Source: an uncultured Desulfarculus sp.
Lineage (GTDB): Bacteria > Desulfobacterota > Desulfarculia > Desulfarculales > Desulfarculaceae
DNA length: 64,000 bases
NCBI GenBank assembly: GCA_963665125.2
Contig: CAXXUK010000001.1
Coordinates: forward strand, 1,472,001-1,536,000
Direction of reading: 5' to 3'
A program made the position numbers and the translations under genes. The notes under the pieces were generated by a model. That model was not told the DNA's origin. It searched no databases and saw only the letters and a list, made by a program, of their open reading frames with translations. This document shows positions 40,134 through 50,541 of the stretch, piece by piece. Numbering within the stretch: position 1 is the stretch's first letter; every line of letters begins with the position of its first letter.

Positions 40134-41123
40134 ATGAAAAGAAGATTTTCACCTCTATGGTGGCCAGCCTTTGCGGTGGCCAGTCCTGTATTGATCCCGC
40201 TCATGGCCTTGAAAAACCGTGACTTTCAAAAAGATGTCAAAAAAGCTTCCATTGCAAACCAAAGGCGTATTGACCGCGCACAATCCTTGGACATGCCGCA
40301 ACTTGAGCGCCTCGAGATAACACCGTTGGTGGAATGGCGAACCAACGATGGATTCGCCGGTGAACCGGGAGTCTCCCTGCTGGTATCAACAGATGAGGGA
40401 AATGTGTTGATAGATTTGGGGTTTGGAGCCGACAGCGGTGTCCTGGCACGTAATGCATTAAAATTTGGCTTTGATATCAACTCAATCGTTGCATTGGTCA
40501 TAACTCATTTGCACATCGATCACATAGGCGGTGGCCCAACAATTGTTGGAGACAAAATCCATTGGCCCTCGGAACTCGGCGACCCCGGCGGCAAGCCCTG
40601 CTTTTTACCGGAAAGCGCTGAGGCCCATGGCTTCACACCTCTGGCAGTTGAAAAGCCTACTTTACTGCCGGGCGGCATAGCCAGTACAGGCCCATTGGCC
40701 AGGCGTCTATTTTTCATGGGCTGGTGCGAAGAGCAGGTGATAATGGCCCGTGTAAAGGATAAAGGCCTGGTGGTGATAACAGGTTGCGGGCACCCAGGTT
40801 TGGAGACGGTCCTCAACATGGCTCGGCGCCTCTCGAAAAACCCAATTCATGCGGTCTTGGGCGGCTTGCATTATCCGCTTACCGAGAGCCGTTTAAAAAA
40901 ACCAGGGATTGAAGCGACAATGGTATTTGGAACAGGCAAGCCACCCTGGAAACGGATCAACCAAAACGACCTAGCGCAAGCGGTTCAAGCACTCCGGGAA
41001 GTAAACCCCAAGCGTCTGTTGCTTTCCGCTCACGACACTTGTGACTACGCACTTGATTATTTTAACCAGAACCTGCCGGCGGAATTCGAGGTCCTTTCCG
41101 CAGGCCAAACGTACGTATTCTGA
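40134..41123 (+). CDS. MBL-fold metallo-hydrolase
   Basis: THLHIDHIGG, TGCGHPG, GGLH. Confidence 0.9.
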   Translation: MKRRFSPLWWPAFAVASPVLIPLMALKNRDFQKDVKKASIANQRRIDRAQSLDMPQLERLEITPLVEWRTNDGFAGEPGVSLLVSTDEGNVLIDLGFGADSGVLARNALKFGFDINSIVALVITHLHIDHIGGGPTIVGDKIHWPSELGDPGGKPCFLPESAEAHGFTPLAVEKPTLLPGGIASTGPLARRLFFMGWCEEQVIMARVKDKGLVVITGCGHPGLETVLNMARRLSKNPIHAVLGGLHYPLTESRLKKPGIEATMVFGTGKPPWKRINQNDLAQAVQALREVNPKRLLLSAHDTCDYALDYFNQNLPAEFEVLSAGQTYVF

Positions 41124-41267
41124 TGAGCGTGGGGTACTGATTTCACCAAATCCAATGTCCTTTCCGGAAAATCCCAACTCGTCGTGTTAATACCGACGAG
41201 TTGGGATGATCTGATATCAGATATTCCCCAAACCCTTATAAACCGGTCAATTTGGCATCACGGATGG

Positions 41268-42383
41268 CTAACCGATCAGTTGGTCCAGGGGCGTATAAGT
41301 CAGACCAAAGGCCTCGGCCACACCCCGGCAGGTGACCTTGCCTTTCACGACATTGGCGCCCAGGGCGATCTCCCGGCTGTCGCGCATGGCCTGTTGCCAG
41401 CCCAGGTTGGCTATTTGAAGGGCATAGGGCAAGGTGGCGTTGGTCAGGGCGCAGGTTGATGTCCGGGCCACGGCGCCGGGCATGTTGGCCACGCAGTAAT
41501 GGACCACGCCATCGACGGTGTAAATTGGGTCGTCATGGGTGGTGGGCCGGGATGTCTCAAAGCAGCCGCCCTGGTCGATTGCCACATCCACCAGGACCGC
41601 GCCTTTTTTCATGGTTGGCAGCATGTCCCTGGTCACCAGTTTGGGCGCCTTTGCCCCGGCCACCAACACGGCGCCGACCACCACGTCGGCCTCGCGCAAG
41701 AGCTTGCGGATCAAAGCCGGCGTGGCCATCAGCGGAAAGCAATTGGCGGGCATGACGTCGCTCAGATAGCGCAGGCGGTCCAGGTTCATATCCAGGATAT
41801 ATACCTTGGCCCCCAGGCCGCAGGCCATCTTGGCCGCGTTGGCGCCCACCACGCCGCCGCCGATGATCAGCACCGTGCCCGGATCAACACCGGGCACCCC
41901 GCCCATCAACACGCCGTGACCGCCCTGGGCCATCTCCAAGTACTTGGCGCCCTGCTGAATGGACATACGGCCGGCAACCTCGCTCATGGGCGTCAACAGC
42001 GGCAAGGCTCCCGAGCCGGTCTCAATGGTCTCATAGGCGATGTTGACGGAACCGGACTCCATCAGGGCCATGGTCAGCGCCTCGTCGGCCGCCAAATGCA
42101 GGTATGTAAAGACGATCTGGTCCTTGCGGATCAGGCCGAATTCGGAAGGCTGGGGCTCCTTGACGTGCATCACCATATCGGCTCCGGCAAAGACCTCATG
42201 GGGCGCGGCCAATATTTCGGCGCCGGCCCTGATGTAGGCCTCGTCACTGATGCCGCTGCCCCGGCCCGCCGAGGCCTCCACCAACACCGTATGCCCGTTG
42301 GCGGTCATCATCTCCACGCCCGGAGGGGTCATGGAGACCCTGTTTTCGTGTTTTTTTATTTCCTTGAGTATCCCGACTATCAT
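41268..42383 (-). CDS. ald: Alanine dehydrogenase
   Basis: [49 protein letters not shown]. Confidence 0.95.
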   Translation of the reverse strand: MIVGILKEIKKHENRVSMTPPGVEMMTANGHTVLVEASAGRGSGISDEAYIRAGAEILAAPHEVFAGADMVMHVKEPQPSEFGLIRKDQIVFTYLHLAADEALTMALMESGSVNIAYETIETGSGALPLLTPMSEVAGRMSIQQGAKYLEMAQGGHGVLMGGVPGVDPGTVLIIGGGVVGANAAKMACGLGAKVYILDMNLDRLRYLSDVMPANCFPLMATPALIRKLLREADVVVGAVLVAGAKAPKLVTRDMLPTMKKGAVLVDVAIDQGGCFETSRPTTHDDPIYTVDGVVHYCVANMPGAVARTSTCALTNATLPYALQIANLGWQQAMRDSREIALGANVVKGKVTCRGVAEAFGLTYTPLDQLIG

Positions 42384-42452
42384 TGTTTTCCCCTGGCGGC
42401 ACATGTCAATGTACGTGCCGTCATTTATGGTTCAGGCAAACCGGGCAGGCGT

Positions 42453-43706
42453 TCAGCGGGTCATCCCGGCCAACGCGCTGCCCAGGGCTTCGACCAAGGC
42501 GTCGATTTGATCCTTGGTGATGGTTAGTGGAGGTCGAATCAGGACCGTGGCCGCATCCACCCTGCCCGGCATGGCCAACACATTGTTTTGCAATGCGCTT
42601 CGGCAAAGCCCGTCCGCCTGTTCCGGGCTGGTGGTCCGCAACGACCAGAGCAGGCCCCGACCCCGGACCGATTCGACGATGTCCCCATGAGCCGAGGCCA
42701 GCCGCCGGAGGCCATCTCCCAACTGCCCTTCCCTTTCGGCCGCGTTTTGCCATGGCTTTTGGGCTTCATAGAGTTCCAGGGCCCGACAAGCCACCCGGCA
42801 TCCCACGTCATGGCCGCCAAAGGTGCAGAGATGGATCAGCGGGTGGGCGTCAAAGAAGCTCTTCACGCGCTTTGTGAAGACCATGGCCGTCATGGGAAAC
42901 ATGCCGCCGCTCAGTGCCTCGCCCAAAAGCGCGATATCCGGCTGGATACCCAGGCCCTCAAAGGCGAATTTCCGGCCAGTACGCCCGAATCCGGTTTGGG
43001 TTTCGTCCACGATGAGCAACGCGCCCACAGCGTCGCACAACTTTCGCAAATACTGGGCCGTGGCTTTGTTGATGGCCCGGCAGTGGTTTTCGGCCTGAAC
43101 CGGCTCGAAGATCACGGCGGCGGTTCTGCCGTTAACCTGTTGTTTGACCTTGTCCTGATCATCGAGGGCAACCGTCTTGGTGCCCGGCAGTTGCGGGGCG
43201 TGGGCGTATTGACCGCAGCCGTGGGACAGGCTGGCCGCGAAGCCGGTTTGGCCGTGCCAACCGCCCTCAACGGACACAAGCTCCGGCCTGCCGGTGAATC
43301 CCCGGGCCAGCTTGCAGGCCGCGTCAAAGGCCTCGCCTCGCACCACGGTAAACAGGCTGCATTCCAGGGTACCGGGCATGAATTGGGCCAGTTTATTGGC
43401 CAGGCGGGCCTTTTCGGCTGAAACCATGACAAAGTTGCCCTGGTCCAGCTCACGGGCGGCGTTTTTCAACTGCTCCTGCAAGTCCGGGTTGGCCCGGCCC
43501 AGATTAAACGCCCCGGCCGATGTATGGCAATCGAGGTATCTACGGCCGTCGGCGTCAAATACATATTGTTCCCCGGCCCTTGCCTCCATAAAACCGGCTT
43601 GGTCCAGAAAGCCGTCCCTGGCGGCCAGCCCTCCAAAGACCTTGCGGGCCAGGTCATGCAAACCTGCAGGCTCTGCTGTATTTATGGCACTGACTTTACT
43701 ACTCAT
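42453..43706 (-). CDS. Class-III aminotransferase homolog lacking the PLP lysine
   Basis: [11 protein letters not shown], but PDIALLGEALSGG (K>E). Confidence 0.9.
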   Translation of the reverse strand: MSSKVSAINTAEPAGLHDLARKVFGGLAARDGFLDQAGFMEARAGEQYVFDADGRRYLDCHTSAGAFNLGRANPDLQEQLKNAARELDQGNFVMVSAEKARLANKLAQFMPGTLECSLFTVVRGEAFDAACKLARGFTGRPELVSVEGGWHGQTGFAASLSHGCGQYAHAPQLPGTKTVALDDQDKVKQQVNGRTAAVIFEPVQAENHCRAINKATAQYLRKLCDAVGALLIVDETQTGFGRTGRKFAFEGLGIQPDIALLGEALSGGMFPMTAMVFTKRVKSFFDAHPLIHLCTFGGHDVGCRVACRALELYEAQKPWQNAAEREGQLGDGLRRLASAHGDIVESVRGRGLLWSLRTTSPEQADGLCRSALQNNVLAMPGRVDAATVLIRPPLTITKDQIDALVEALGSALAGMTR

Positions 43707-43751
43707 TTTTCCCTCACTCTCGGGGTTGGCGACATATCAGCAAGACAAGGC

Positions 43752-45128
43752 CTAGCCCCGTTCGAACTTGCGCAGCCAATTGAAAAAGGCGATCTGCACC
43801 TTGATGTTGTCCAGGATGGACACGGCCTTGGGTATCTTGGTCAGCGGCAAGAGCAGCATCAGGTAGCGCCGCATCGTCTTCATGGCCAGTTTGATCTTGG
43901 CCAGTACAATATCCACCTCATGTTCGGTAATGGTTATGGGCATCATGAAACGCATTACCTGGGGGGCGTTTCCCGAATAGGCCGCGAATATGTTTTGTTT
44001 GGCCAGGCAGTCGGCCATGAGCGCGCCCATGAACTCGTATTTGTATTCGATGCCCACCATCAGCCCCCGGCCCCGGATCTCTTTGATAACGCCCGGCAGC
44101 TTATGGCTCAGTTCCTCCAGGCCCCGGCGGAATCGGGCTCCCATGGCCTCTGCGTTTTCCCAGAGCCTGTTCTCGCAGATGTAGTCGACTACCCGGCTGG
44201 AGACGATGCAGCCCAGCTCGGAAAAGCCGCTCGAGGTGGCGTGGAATTGCGGGTTTCGGTCGACAAAGTCGGACAGCGCTGGGATGTCGCGGTAGATCAC
44301 CGCCGCGTTGGGGAAAACGCCGCCGCCGATTGATTTGGCGACTACCATGATGTCGGGCACCACTCCGGAGTGTTCGGACGCCCAGAGTTTGCCCGTACGG
44401 CCGAATCCGGTCTGGATCTCGTCGAATATGAGCAATATGCCAAGTTCGTCGCAGACCTGCCGTAGGCCGTTCAGGTAGAAATCATCGGCAACGTGGATGC
44501 CGCCTTCGCCCTGTATGGGCTCCAGGATGATGGCAGCCGTATCCTTGGAAGCCAGCCGCCGGATATCGGCAATATCGCCGAACCGGGCGAAATCAACATC
44601 CGGGCTCAGCGGCAGGAACAGCTCCTTGTAATAGTCCTTGCCGTTTATGCTTAAGCTGTAGCCGGAATGACCGTGATAGGCCTTGAGCATGGAGATGATC
44701 CGGGGGCGGCCCGTGGCGCCCCAGGCGAGTTTCAGAGCCCCTTCGATGGCCTCGGCTCCGCTGCCTGCCGGCAAGACGCGGTTGAGATCCGCCGGGCAGA
44801 TATCGGCCAGCTTTGCGGCGAAGTTGACCTTTGCCGGACTCAACAGCCCTCCGCCCCCCAGATCGTGACCCTCGAGGCCGCCGGCCAATGCCGCGATGAC
44901 GGATTTATTGCCCCTGCCTACGTTGAAGCACCCGGCGGAGGTGAATCCGTCGACCACCCTGGAGCTGTCGCAGGCGTTGGTAAAACCGATTCCCATGGGC
45001 CGGGATTCGAGCATGTCCAGATGGGCGGCCCGCAAATAGCGCAACTGCCCTTCGGAGATGTGTTCGCCGAACTCGGCCAAAACCTTGGCCTTGTCTTCCA
45101 ATTGCTTTTTTGTCGCCGCTTGGGCCAT
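43752..45128 (-). CDS. Class-III aminotransferase (putrescine/ornithine aminotransferase-like)
   Basis: [35 protein letters not shown]. Confidence 0.92.
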   Translation of the reverse strand: MAQAATKKQLEDKAKVLAEFGEHISEGQLRYLRAAHLDMLESRPMGIGFTNACDSSRVVDGFTSAGCFNVGRGNKSVIAALAGGLEGHDLGGGGLLSPAKVNFAAKLADICPADLNRVLPAGSGAEAIEGALKLAWGATGRPRIISMLKAYHGHSGYSLSINGKDYYKELFLPLSPDVDFARFGDIADIRRLASKDTAAIILEPIQGEGGIHVADDFYLNGLRQVCDELGILLIFDEIQTGFGRTGKLWASEHSGVVPDIMVVAKSIGGGVFPNAAVIYRDIPALSDFVDRNPQFHATSSGFSELGCIVSSRVVDYICENRLWENAEAMGARFRRGLEELSHKLPGVIKEIRGRGLMVGIEYKYEFMGALMADCLAKQNIFAAYSGNAPQVMRFMMPITITEHEVDIVLAKIKLAMKTMRRYLMLLLPLTKIPKAVSILDNIKVQIAFFNWLRKFERG

Positions 45129-45152
45129 GGGCCACCCCTTTCTTGGTTGAAC

Positions 45153-45200
45153 CAGGAACCTTAATGTTAGTCAGTCAACTAACTAACATTAAGGTTCCTG
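45153..45200. promoter_or_regulatory. Long palindrome, candidate TetR operator
   Basis: CAGGAACCTTAATGTTAGT-N10-ACTAACATTAAGGTTCCTG between divergent genes. Confidence 0.7.
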
Positions 45201-45323
45201 TTTTGTCAATACCCGGTTATACTTTCCCGGAGGGCGGAATATGGCCCCGGCGGTCAAACATCTATTGGCGCTTGACTGGTTGTTGGTATTGTGGTTGGTA
45301 AGCATTTGAGAGGTTTTAAGGCT

Positions 45324-45929
45324 ATGTCGCGCAAAAGCATGCAAGATCAAAGGAGAGAAGAGATATTCAAGGCCCTGGATGTGTGCCTCCAGGAAAAGTC
45401 CTTTGACAAAACATCAATCAAGGACATCGCCCAGCAGGCCGGCATTAACCATGGCATGCTGCACTATTATTTTCGCAGCAAGGACGACATTCTCATCAGC
45501 TACATTGACTATGTTGTTTCCAACTATCTGCAATGGCTGGAGTTCTGGGAGCAGGACCACAAGAATGCGCCCATGGAGCCCCAAGAGCTTTTCATGGCCT
45601 TCCTTGAAATGTGCATGCAGGAGATAACCCTTGACCGACCGCTGTCGCGCATCTTCGTGGAGATCGCCGAAATAGCCCTGTACAAGCCCCAGGTGCGTCA
45701 AAAGTTAAATTCGGCCTATCGGCTGTGGGTGGAAGTCATGGCCAAGGAGCTGACCAATATGGGCCTGGAAGCCGAGGCCGCCGTCAGGGTCGGCTATCAG
45801 ATCGTCAGTCAATTGGAAGGGCTGGCCATGCTCTCGGTCGTCTCAGACCTGGACAACGGCCAGCTTGAATTAATCCTCTCCGGCATTCTCAGGCAATATC
45901 GCCAGCTCATCACCCTGAACTGCATATAG
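45324..45929 (+). CDS. TetR/AcrR family regulator
   Basis: RREEI...TSIKDIAQQAGINHGMLHYYFRSKDDI. Confidence 0.95.
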   Translation: MSRKSMQDQRREEIFKALDVCLQEKSFDKTSIKDIAQQAGINHGMLHYYFRSKDDILISYIDYVVSNYLQWLEFWEQDHKNAPMEPQELFMAFLEMCMQEITLDRPLSRIFVEIAEIALYKPQVRQKLNSAYRLWVEVMAKELTNMGLEAEAAVRVGYQIVSQLEGLAMLSVVSDLDNGQLELILSGILRQYRQLITLNCI

Positions 45930-45961
45930 GGCGGCCCGGCAAAGACCCGGCGCAATTAAAA

Positions 45962-47266
45962 TTACATAATTACCGTGGCGGCCTCGGGCTTGATGAAGTT
46001 TTGCCGCAGGCTGTAGGTATAGGCGCCCTGATCCGGGATGAGCAGCAGATCGCCCTCTTCCATGCCCGCGCCAAAATACGACGTCCCCCAGACATCGTGG
46101 GGCGTGCAAAGGGAACCGCAGACAAGGCATTGTTGTTCGTCGGTTGACGGCCTGGACAGGTTGATCACCGGCGCGAAGTCATTTTCATAACGCTCCCATC
46201 CGGCCATGTGGATGCCGCCGTCGGTGATAACCATATCCGGGGCCTTTTTATCCAACACCCGCACCAAAAAGTGCATCGCTGCGTGACACAGCCAGCGTCC
46301 TGGCTCGGCATATATCGTCAGGTTGTCGAAAACCGGAATATGCCGTTTCAAAGCCTGGGAGATGTCCCGGGCAAAGGTTTCAAGCGGCGCGGCGGCCGCC
46401 CGGTGTCTCGTATTTTCCCCGGCATCCAGGGCCAGGGCCTTGTGCACCAGGCCCAACTCAGTGGTGTCGCCCCGCGACCATTCGCCGTCTTCCGGCCAAT
46501 AGCCGCCGCCGATATCCAAGAAACGCAGACGATCGCCAAACACGGCGCTGTTGTCCCTGAACCATTCTCCCAGCCGGGCAATAAAAGCAACTTGGGCGTC
46601 CGGGCCCAGATTCCAACTCGTATGGAATTGCAGGCCGCACAGGTCAACCCAAGCGCAGGATTGGGCTTTTTCCACAAAATCATTCAACCGGGCCAGGGGT
46701 ATGCCGAATTTACGCCATACGCCGTGTTCCAGCGTGGTCAGGCGCACGCCGGCCATGATCTTTGTCCGCCTCTTGCTGGCCCCTCGCTCCAGCCTGTCCA
46801 GTTCGCCAAAGCTGTCCATGAGCACGGCAACGCGGTCCGCGTTGGCCAGGGCCAGATCCAGTTCGGCCTCTGTCTTTCCCAGGCCGCTGAAAATGATTTT
46901 CCGGCAGCCGAGGTCCAAGGCCGTTTGCAGTTCGACGCCGCTGGACACATCCAAGCCCGCGCCCATTTCCACCAGTTTTCCGGCGATGGCCGGGTGGCTG
47001 TTGCTCTTCAAGGCGTAAAACGCCTGGAACCGGGACAGACGAGACTCGAACACATCGCTAAAGCGGTGATATTTACCGGCAAGGCTTTGATGGTCCACCA
47101 CGTACAACGGAGTGCTACCCTGGCCCGCCGCCTTTTCAAAGTCGGTCGCCCGGTCCAGAAATCTTTGGATATAACCTTCCAGCGTCCTTGGCTCCAAAAC
47201 AGGCGGTTGTTTTTGGGCCAGAGCCAGGTAGCGGGCGTATAGTTCTTCCGGGGTCAGAAGTTCCAT
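45962..47266 (-). CDS. PLP fold-III (diaminopimelate/ornithine/arginine-type) decarboxylase
   Basis: FYALKSN, DVSSGVE, KFGI, DIGGG, EPGR, GSLC..HD, GAY. Confidence 0.9.
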   Translation of the reverse strand: MELLTPEELYARYLALAQKQPPVLEPRTLEGYIQRFLDRATDFEKAAGQGSTPLYVVDHQSLAGKYHRFSDVFESRLSRFQAFYALKSNSHPAIAGKLVEMGAGLDVSSGVELQTALDLGCRKIIFSGLGKTEAELDLALANADRVAVLMDSFGELDRLERGASKRRTKIMAGVRLTTLEHGVWRKFGIPLARLNDFVEKAQSCAWVDLCGLQFHTSWNLGPDAQVAFIARLGEWFRDNSAVFGDRLRFLDIGGGYWPEDGEWSRGDTTELGLVHKALALDAGENTRHRAAAAPLETFARDISQALKRHIPVFDNLTIYAEPGRWLCHAAMHFLVRVLDKKAPDMVITDGGIHMAGWERYENDFAPVINLSRPSTDEQQCLVCGSLCTPHDVWGTSYFGAGMEEGDLLLIPDQGAYTYSLRQNFIKPEAATVIM

Positions 47267-48483
47267 GGAGAAATTTCCAGATCTATCAAATCATCGAGCT
47301 CACGGCACTCCGACTCGATCATATCCGAGTTGTCGGATCCGAATATCACATGACCCAACACGACCGAATCATAGTCCTCGGGCGGCATGACCACATGGTG
47401 TCCGGGGTTGACCAGCAAATAGACGCTATGCACCCTCGGGTCACGGCCAAGGCGCTGCACATCCAGTTTTTCGATAACCCCTTCGCGATTGGCCAAAAGC
47501 CTGTAGCCGACCATGGGCGGCCATGGCGGCTCATACTCGGCAAAGCTCCTGCCACCCAGGGCGACCTCAAGGCTCAAGTCAAACATGTCCGGACCGCCGG
47601 CGGCCTTAATCAGCCAGGGCAGGCAGTCCCCGCCGGGCCGTGGCGTTATCTCCAAAATCCAAGGCCTGCCGCCGCGCCAGATAAAATCGCACATGCACAA
47701 GCCGAAGCCAATGCCCAGGGCCTCCGCCGCAAGGGTCAAATCATTTTGCAAGACATCGGGGTCTATACCCAATTGCCATCCGGCGCCCAAGACATAGATC
47801 CGCTTGCCCGCGAAGCGCTCGCCGGGCAGGGCCAATTTTTTTGTAATTCTGATGATCCGGACCCGGCCGCCATCAACCAGGAAATCGCAACTCAGTTCGG
47901 GGCCTTCAACAAACTGTTCCACAGCCAGGCTGCCCCTGGCCGGATCGCTATAGCTGTAAATAAAAACATCACGGATGTGGTCGGGCGTCTGGCAGAGAAA
48001 AACCCCTTCCCCGCCGGTGCCGTCCACGGGTTTGAGCACCACAGGCCAGCCATGTTCATCGCCGAACTCCGCCGCCGTGGCCGGTTCGTCGGTCTTGATG
48101 CACTTGGGGACGCACACTCCGCGTTCTTGCAGGACGTGGTTTTGGGCTGTTTTGTCGCGGCATAGGGCCACGGTCCGCCGCGACGCAAAAGCCAGCCCCA
48201 GGCTCTCGGCCAGAAATGCGGCCAGTTCCAGGGAGCCGCAGTCAAAGGCGACAAGTCCGTCATAGTGCTGGCCGTAGCGCATGCCATGGGACTGGACGGC
48301 CTGCAATACGGCCGCATGGTCGGACGTGTCGCAAAGCAGTTCCACGTCCGGCCCGAGGGCGAGTTCGGGCGCCATTCGTCTCTGGTGAGCGTTGGTTATG
48401 AACACCAGGCGATCTGGCGCCTTTTGCCTAAGGATTTCGATATAATCCCAAGTGGTGGCAACCACAAGTATTTTTTCGGACAT
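47254..48483 (-). CDS. ATP-grasp ligase (L-amino-acid-ligase-like)
   Basis: CRDK, PVVLKPVDGTGGEGV, VEQFVEGPELSCD, LEITPRPGGD; start at MSEKIL. Confidence 0.9.
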   Translation of the reverse strand: MSEKILVVATTWDYIEILRQKAPDRLVFITNAHQRRMAPELALGPDVELLCDTSDHAAVLQAVQSHGMRYGQHYDGLVAFDCGSLELAAFLAESLGLAFASRRTVALCRDKTAQNHVLQERGVCVPKCIKTDEPATAAEFGDEHGWPVVLKPVDGTGGEGVFLCQTPDHIRDVFIYSYSDPARGSLAVEQFVEGPELSCDFLVDGGRVRIIRITKKLALPGERFAGKRIYVLGAGWQLGIDPDVLQNDLTLAAEALGIGFGLCMCDFIWRGGRPWILEITPRPGGDCLPWLIKAAGGPDMFDLSLEVALGGRSFAEYEPPWPPMVGYRLLANREGVIEKLDVQRLGRDPRVHSVYLLVNPGHHVVMPPEDYDSVVLGHVIFGSDNSDMIESECRELDDLIDLEISPWNF

Positions 48484-48484
48484 T

Positions 48485-49423
48485 CTAGGCCGTCGCAACC
48501 GATAGCAAACGCTGTGCGGGTTGGGCGTTGATGCGGTACAGGGGGCGCGGGCCGAGATGCAATTTGCTCTTCCAGCCGAAATCACCGCACAGAAAGTCGA
48601 CTTCTTGCATCTTTTGCTCACAGGCAAAGGCCAAATGATGCAGGTTGATCAGCTTGGCCACGCCGGGAAACTCGCGGTTGACCCCACCGGCCAATACAGT
48701 ATATATGCCGTTGTGGATCGCCCCGAAATCGACAGCGGCGATCTTGTCTTCGACCAGCACCGCAACAAGCCTCATCAAACCGTTTTGGTTAAGCCACTGG
48801 GCCAGCCGCTTGAATCCGGCTCGAAAGCGCCTGTCCCTGAAATACGATTTCTCTTCGAACACGGCCAGATTCATGGAGATCATTTCCCTGAAATCCGGCA
48901 GGTGATTGACGCGCAATTTATAACCGCGGGTCTCGAACTCCTGAACCGTTTTTTTATACTGAGAACGCCTCTTGGCCGGCAGTTCGGCCAAATGGGATTC
49001 AAGGCTGTATTGGCAATCCGCGGGATGAAACAAATAGCCTATTTCATCTGCTTCCAGCCCGTCACCAAAACCGCCATCGTCGTCGAGATAACGGATACTG
49101 AAAGGCGCCGGCACCGCCTCAAGCATCTTGTAAAGGACATCGGAATTGGCTGCAATGATTCTGTTTTGTTCCAGCCAAGTCAATCCCTGCCAGGTCTCTC
49201 CGGGGAAATAGGCATAAGCGCCGCATTCGTCAACAAAGCTCAGGGGCAGAAGACCATCCGCCACGCCTTTGGTTTCATGGATTACAAACAGCATCTGCCG
49301 TTTGAATTGCTCATGAAAGGACGCTCTCACCGCCCACAAGTCGGTGAGAGTTTCCCGCGGCATCAGTGCCTGCCAGATACTGCGGCACTCATCGAGCTTT
49401 GTTATGTAGCGAACGCCGGACAC
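48485..49423 (-). CDS. GNAT-fold protein (CelD/BcsL / FemAB-like)
   Basis: GLLPL, FPGVAKLINLHHL, DFLCGDFGWKSKL C-terminal signature. Confidence 0.8.
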   Translation of the reverse strand: MSGVRYITKLDECRSIWQALMPRETLTDLWAVRASFHEQFKRQMLFVIHETKGVADGLLPLSFVDECGAYAYFPGETWQGLTWLEQNRIIAANSDVLYKMLEAVPAPFSIRYLDDDGGFGDGLEADEIGYLFHPADCQYSLESHLAELPAKRRSQYKKTVQEFETRGYKLRVNHLPDFREMISMNLAVFEEKSYFRDRRFRAGFKRLAQWLNQNGLMRLVAVLVEDKIAAVDFGAIHNGIYTVLAGGVNREFPGVAKLINLHHLAFACEQKMQEVDFLCGDFGWKSKLHLGPRPLYRINAQPAQRLLSVATA

Positions 49424-49424
49424 C

Positions 49425-49814
49425 CTAACGCCTCAAGTTGACCTGGAGGACCACATCGGAGCCCTCGAAGAAATCTTGGGCAAACCGCGCCACCACATCC
49501 GGATCATAGGCCTTGCAGCTGAACACGTCCAAATAGGTGGTGTTGGTCTGGTTGGCGAAATGGGCGCTGATCAGCGACGTTTCGATAAGCTGGGTCATCG
49601 AAAAACCGGCGACCTTTTCGTCTTCACCGAAGTGAACGACAACAGTTTCGCCAAAGCGCTTCATTTCAATGAGGTCACACAGTTCTACAACGAATCTGCG
49701 GATTTCGCGCTCGTCGCGAATCGTATCCGGGTTGCAGTCGTAAATATCAATGGAACTGGCGATACCCCACACCTCTTCGACCGGGGCGATGCTTATTGCG
49801 GTGTTTTGTTTCAT
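49425..49814 (-). CDS. S-adenosylmethionine decarboxylase (SpeD)-like pyruvoyl enzyme
   Basis: WG..SIDIYDC, LCDLIEMKRFGE, QLIETSLISAHF, YLDVFSCK; start at MKQNT. Confidence 0.85.
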   Translation of the reverse strand: MKQNTAISIAPVEEVWGIASSIDIYDCNPDTIRDEREIRRFVVELCDLIEMKRFGETVVVHFGEDEKVAGFSMTQLIETSLISAHFANQTNTTYLDVFSCKAYDPDVVARFAQDFFEGSDVVLQVNLRR

Positions 49815-49863
49815 CTCGTTAAACTCCGTCCAGCCGGGCGTGATTTCGGCCCGGTCAACCCAA

Positions 49864-50088
49864 CTAGTAGTCGTCTTGCTCCCGGCGGCGCTTTTTCTTT
49901 TGCCGCGGGCTCCACGAATCATCTTCATTGATCCGGTTTCGATGCTTCCTGCATTCGGGACACCGCAAGGGTGGATCAAACCCTCTTTTCGAATAATTAA
50001 CCTGCTCAGTCGCTGAAAAAATGAAATGGCCTCCGCACTGTTGGCACACCAGCCACATGTCAGCAGATTGATCTTTAGCGCCGGACAC
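49864..50088 (-). CDS. Small zinc-ribbon protein (CxxC-x-CxxC)
   Basis: LVCQQCG..FIFSATEQ..Y..RGF..P.RCPECR; RBS CAGGAGG + GTG. Confidence 0.85.
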   Translation of the reverse strand: MSGAKDQSADMWLVCQQCGGHFIFSATEQVNYSKRGFDPPLRCPECRKHRNRINEDDSWSPRQKKKRRREQDDY

Positions 50089-50116
50089 AACCGCCTCCTG
50101 GTTCCGCCATTCCAAA

Positions 50117-50407
50117 TCAGTAGTCCATGTATTCAGATTCGCGCCATTCATCATCAGGCTCAATTTCCAAGCGTTGATAAGACTCCACCTTGATCGTGGG
50201 ACGATCACCGGAATCATCGATCTCGCCCTTAACCAAAACACGCTCGTAAACCAATTCCCGCAAAGCCTTGGCTTTGTTATCCTCAAAAAGTAGATAATCC
50301 TCGCCATTGTTACCCATGAGAATCAGGCTGGGCGATCCGTCTTTGGAGTGCCAGCCCTTGTAGGGTGAAACCATGCCGGCCAGAACTACTTTTTCAGAGG
50401 AAGACAT
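50117..50407 (-). CDS. Hypothetical small OB-like protein
   Basis: RBS AAGGAGAGG; GMV.P..W, EDYL, V.VKG.I. Confidence 0.65.
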   Translation of the reverse strand: MSSSEKVVLAGMVSPYKGWHSKDGSPSLILMGNNGEDYLLFEDNKAKALRELVYERVLVKGEIDDSGDRPTIKVESYQRLEIEPDDEWRESEYMDY

Positions 50408-50442
50408 CGCATCCTCTCCTTATGTAAATGCCATCAATTTGG

Positions 50443-50484
50443 GAGCGCCCCCCCGCGTTGCGTGCGGGGGGGCGCTGCCTTTTC
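50443..50484. terminator. GC-rich hairpin inside the operon leader
   Basis: AGCGCCCCCCCGC / GCGGGGGGGCGCT arms. Confidence 0.5.
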
Positions 50485-50541
50485 ATTGCCGGCTTTTAGG
50501 TCCGAGGCACCAGACCTACTAGCATCCCCATGGGGAGAGCC

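Noticed and set aside
45962..47266. Naming the decarboxylase lysA
   Set aside because: Family is clear, but the atypical HTSW motif and context do not support a specific substrate.
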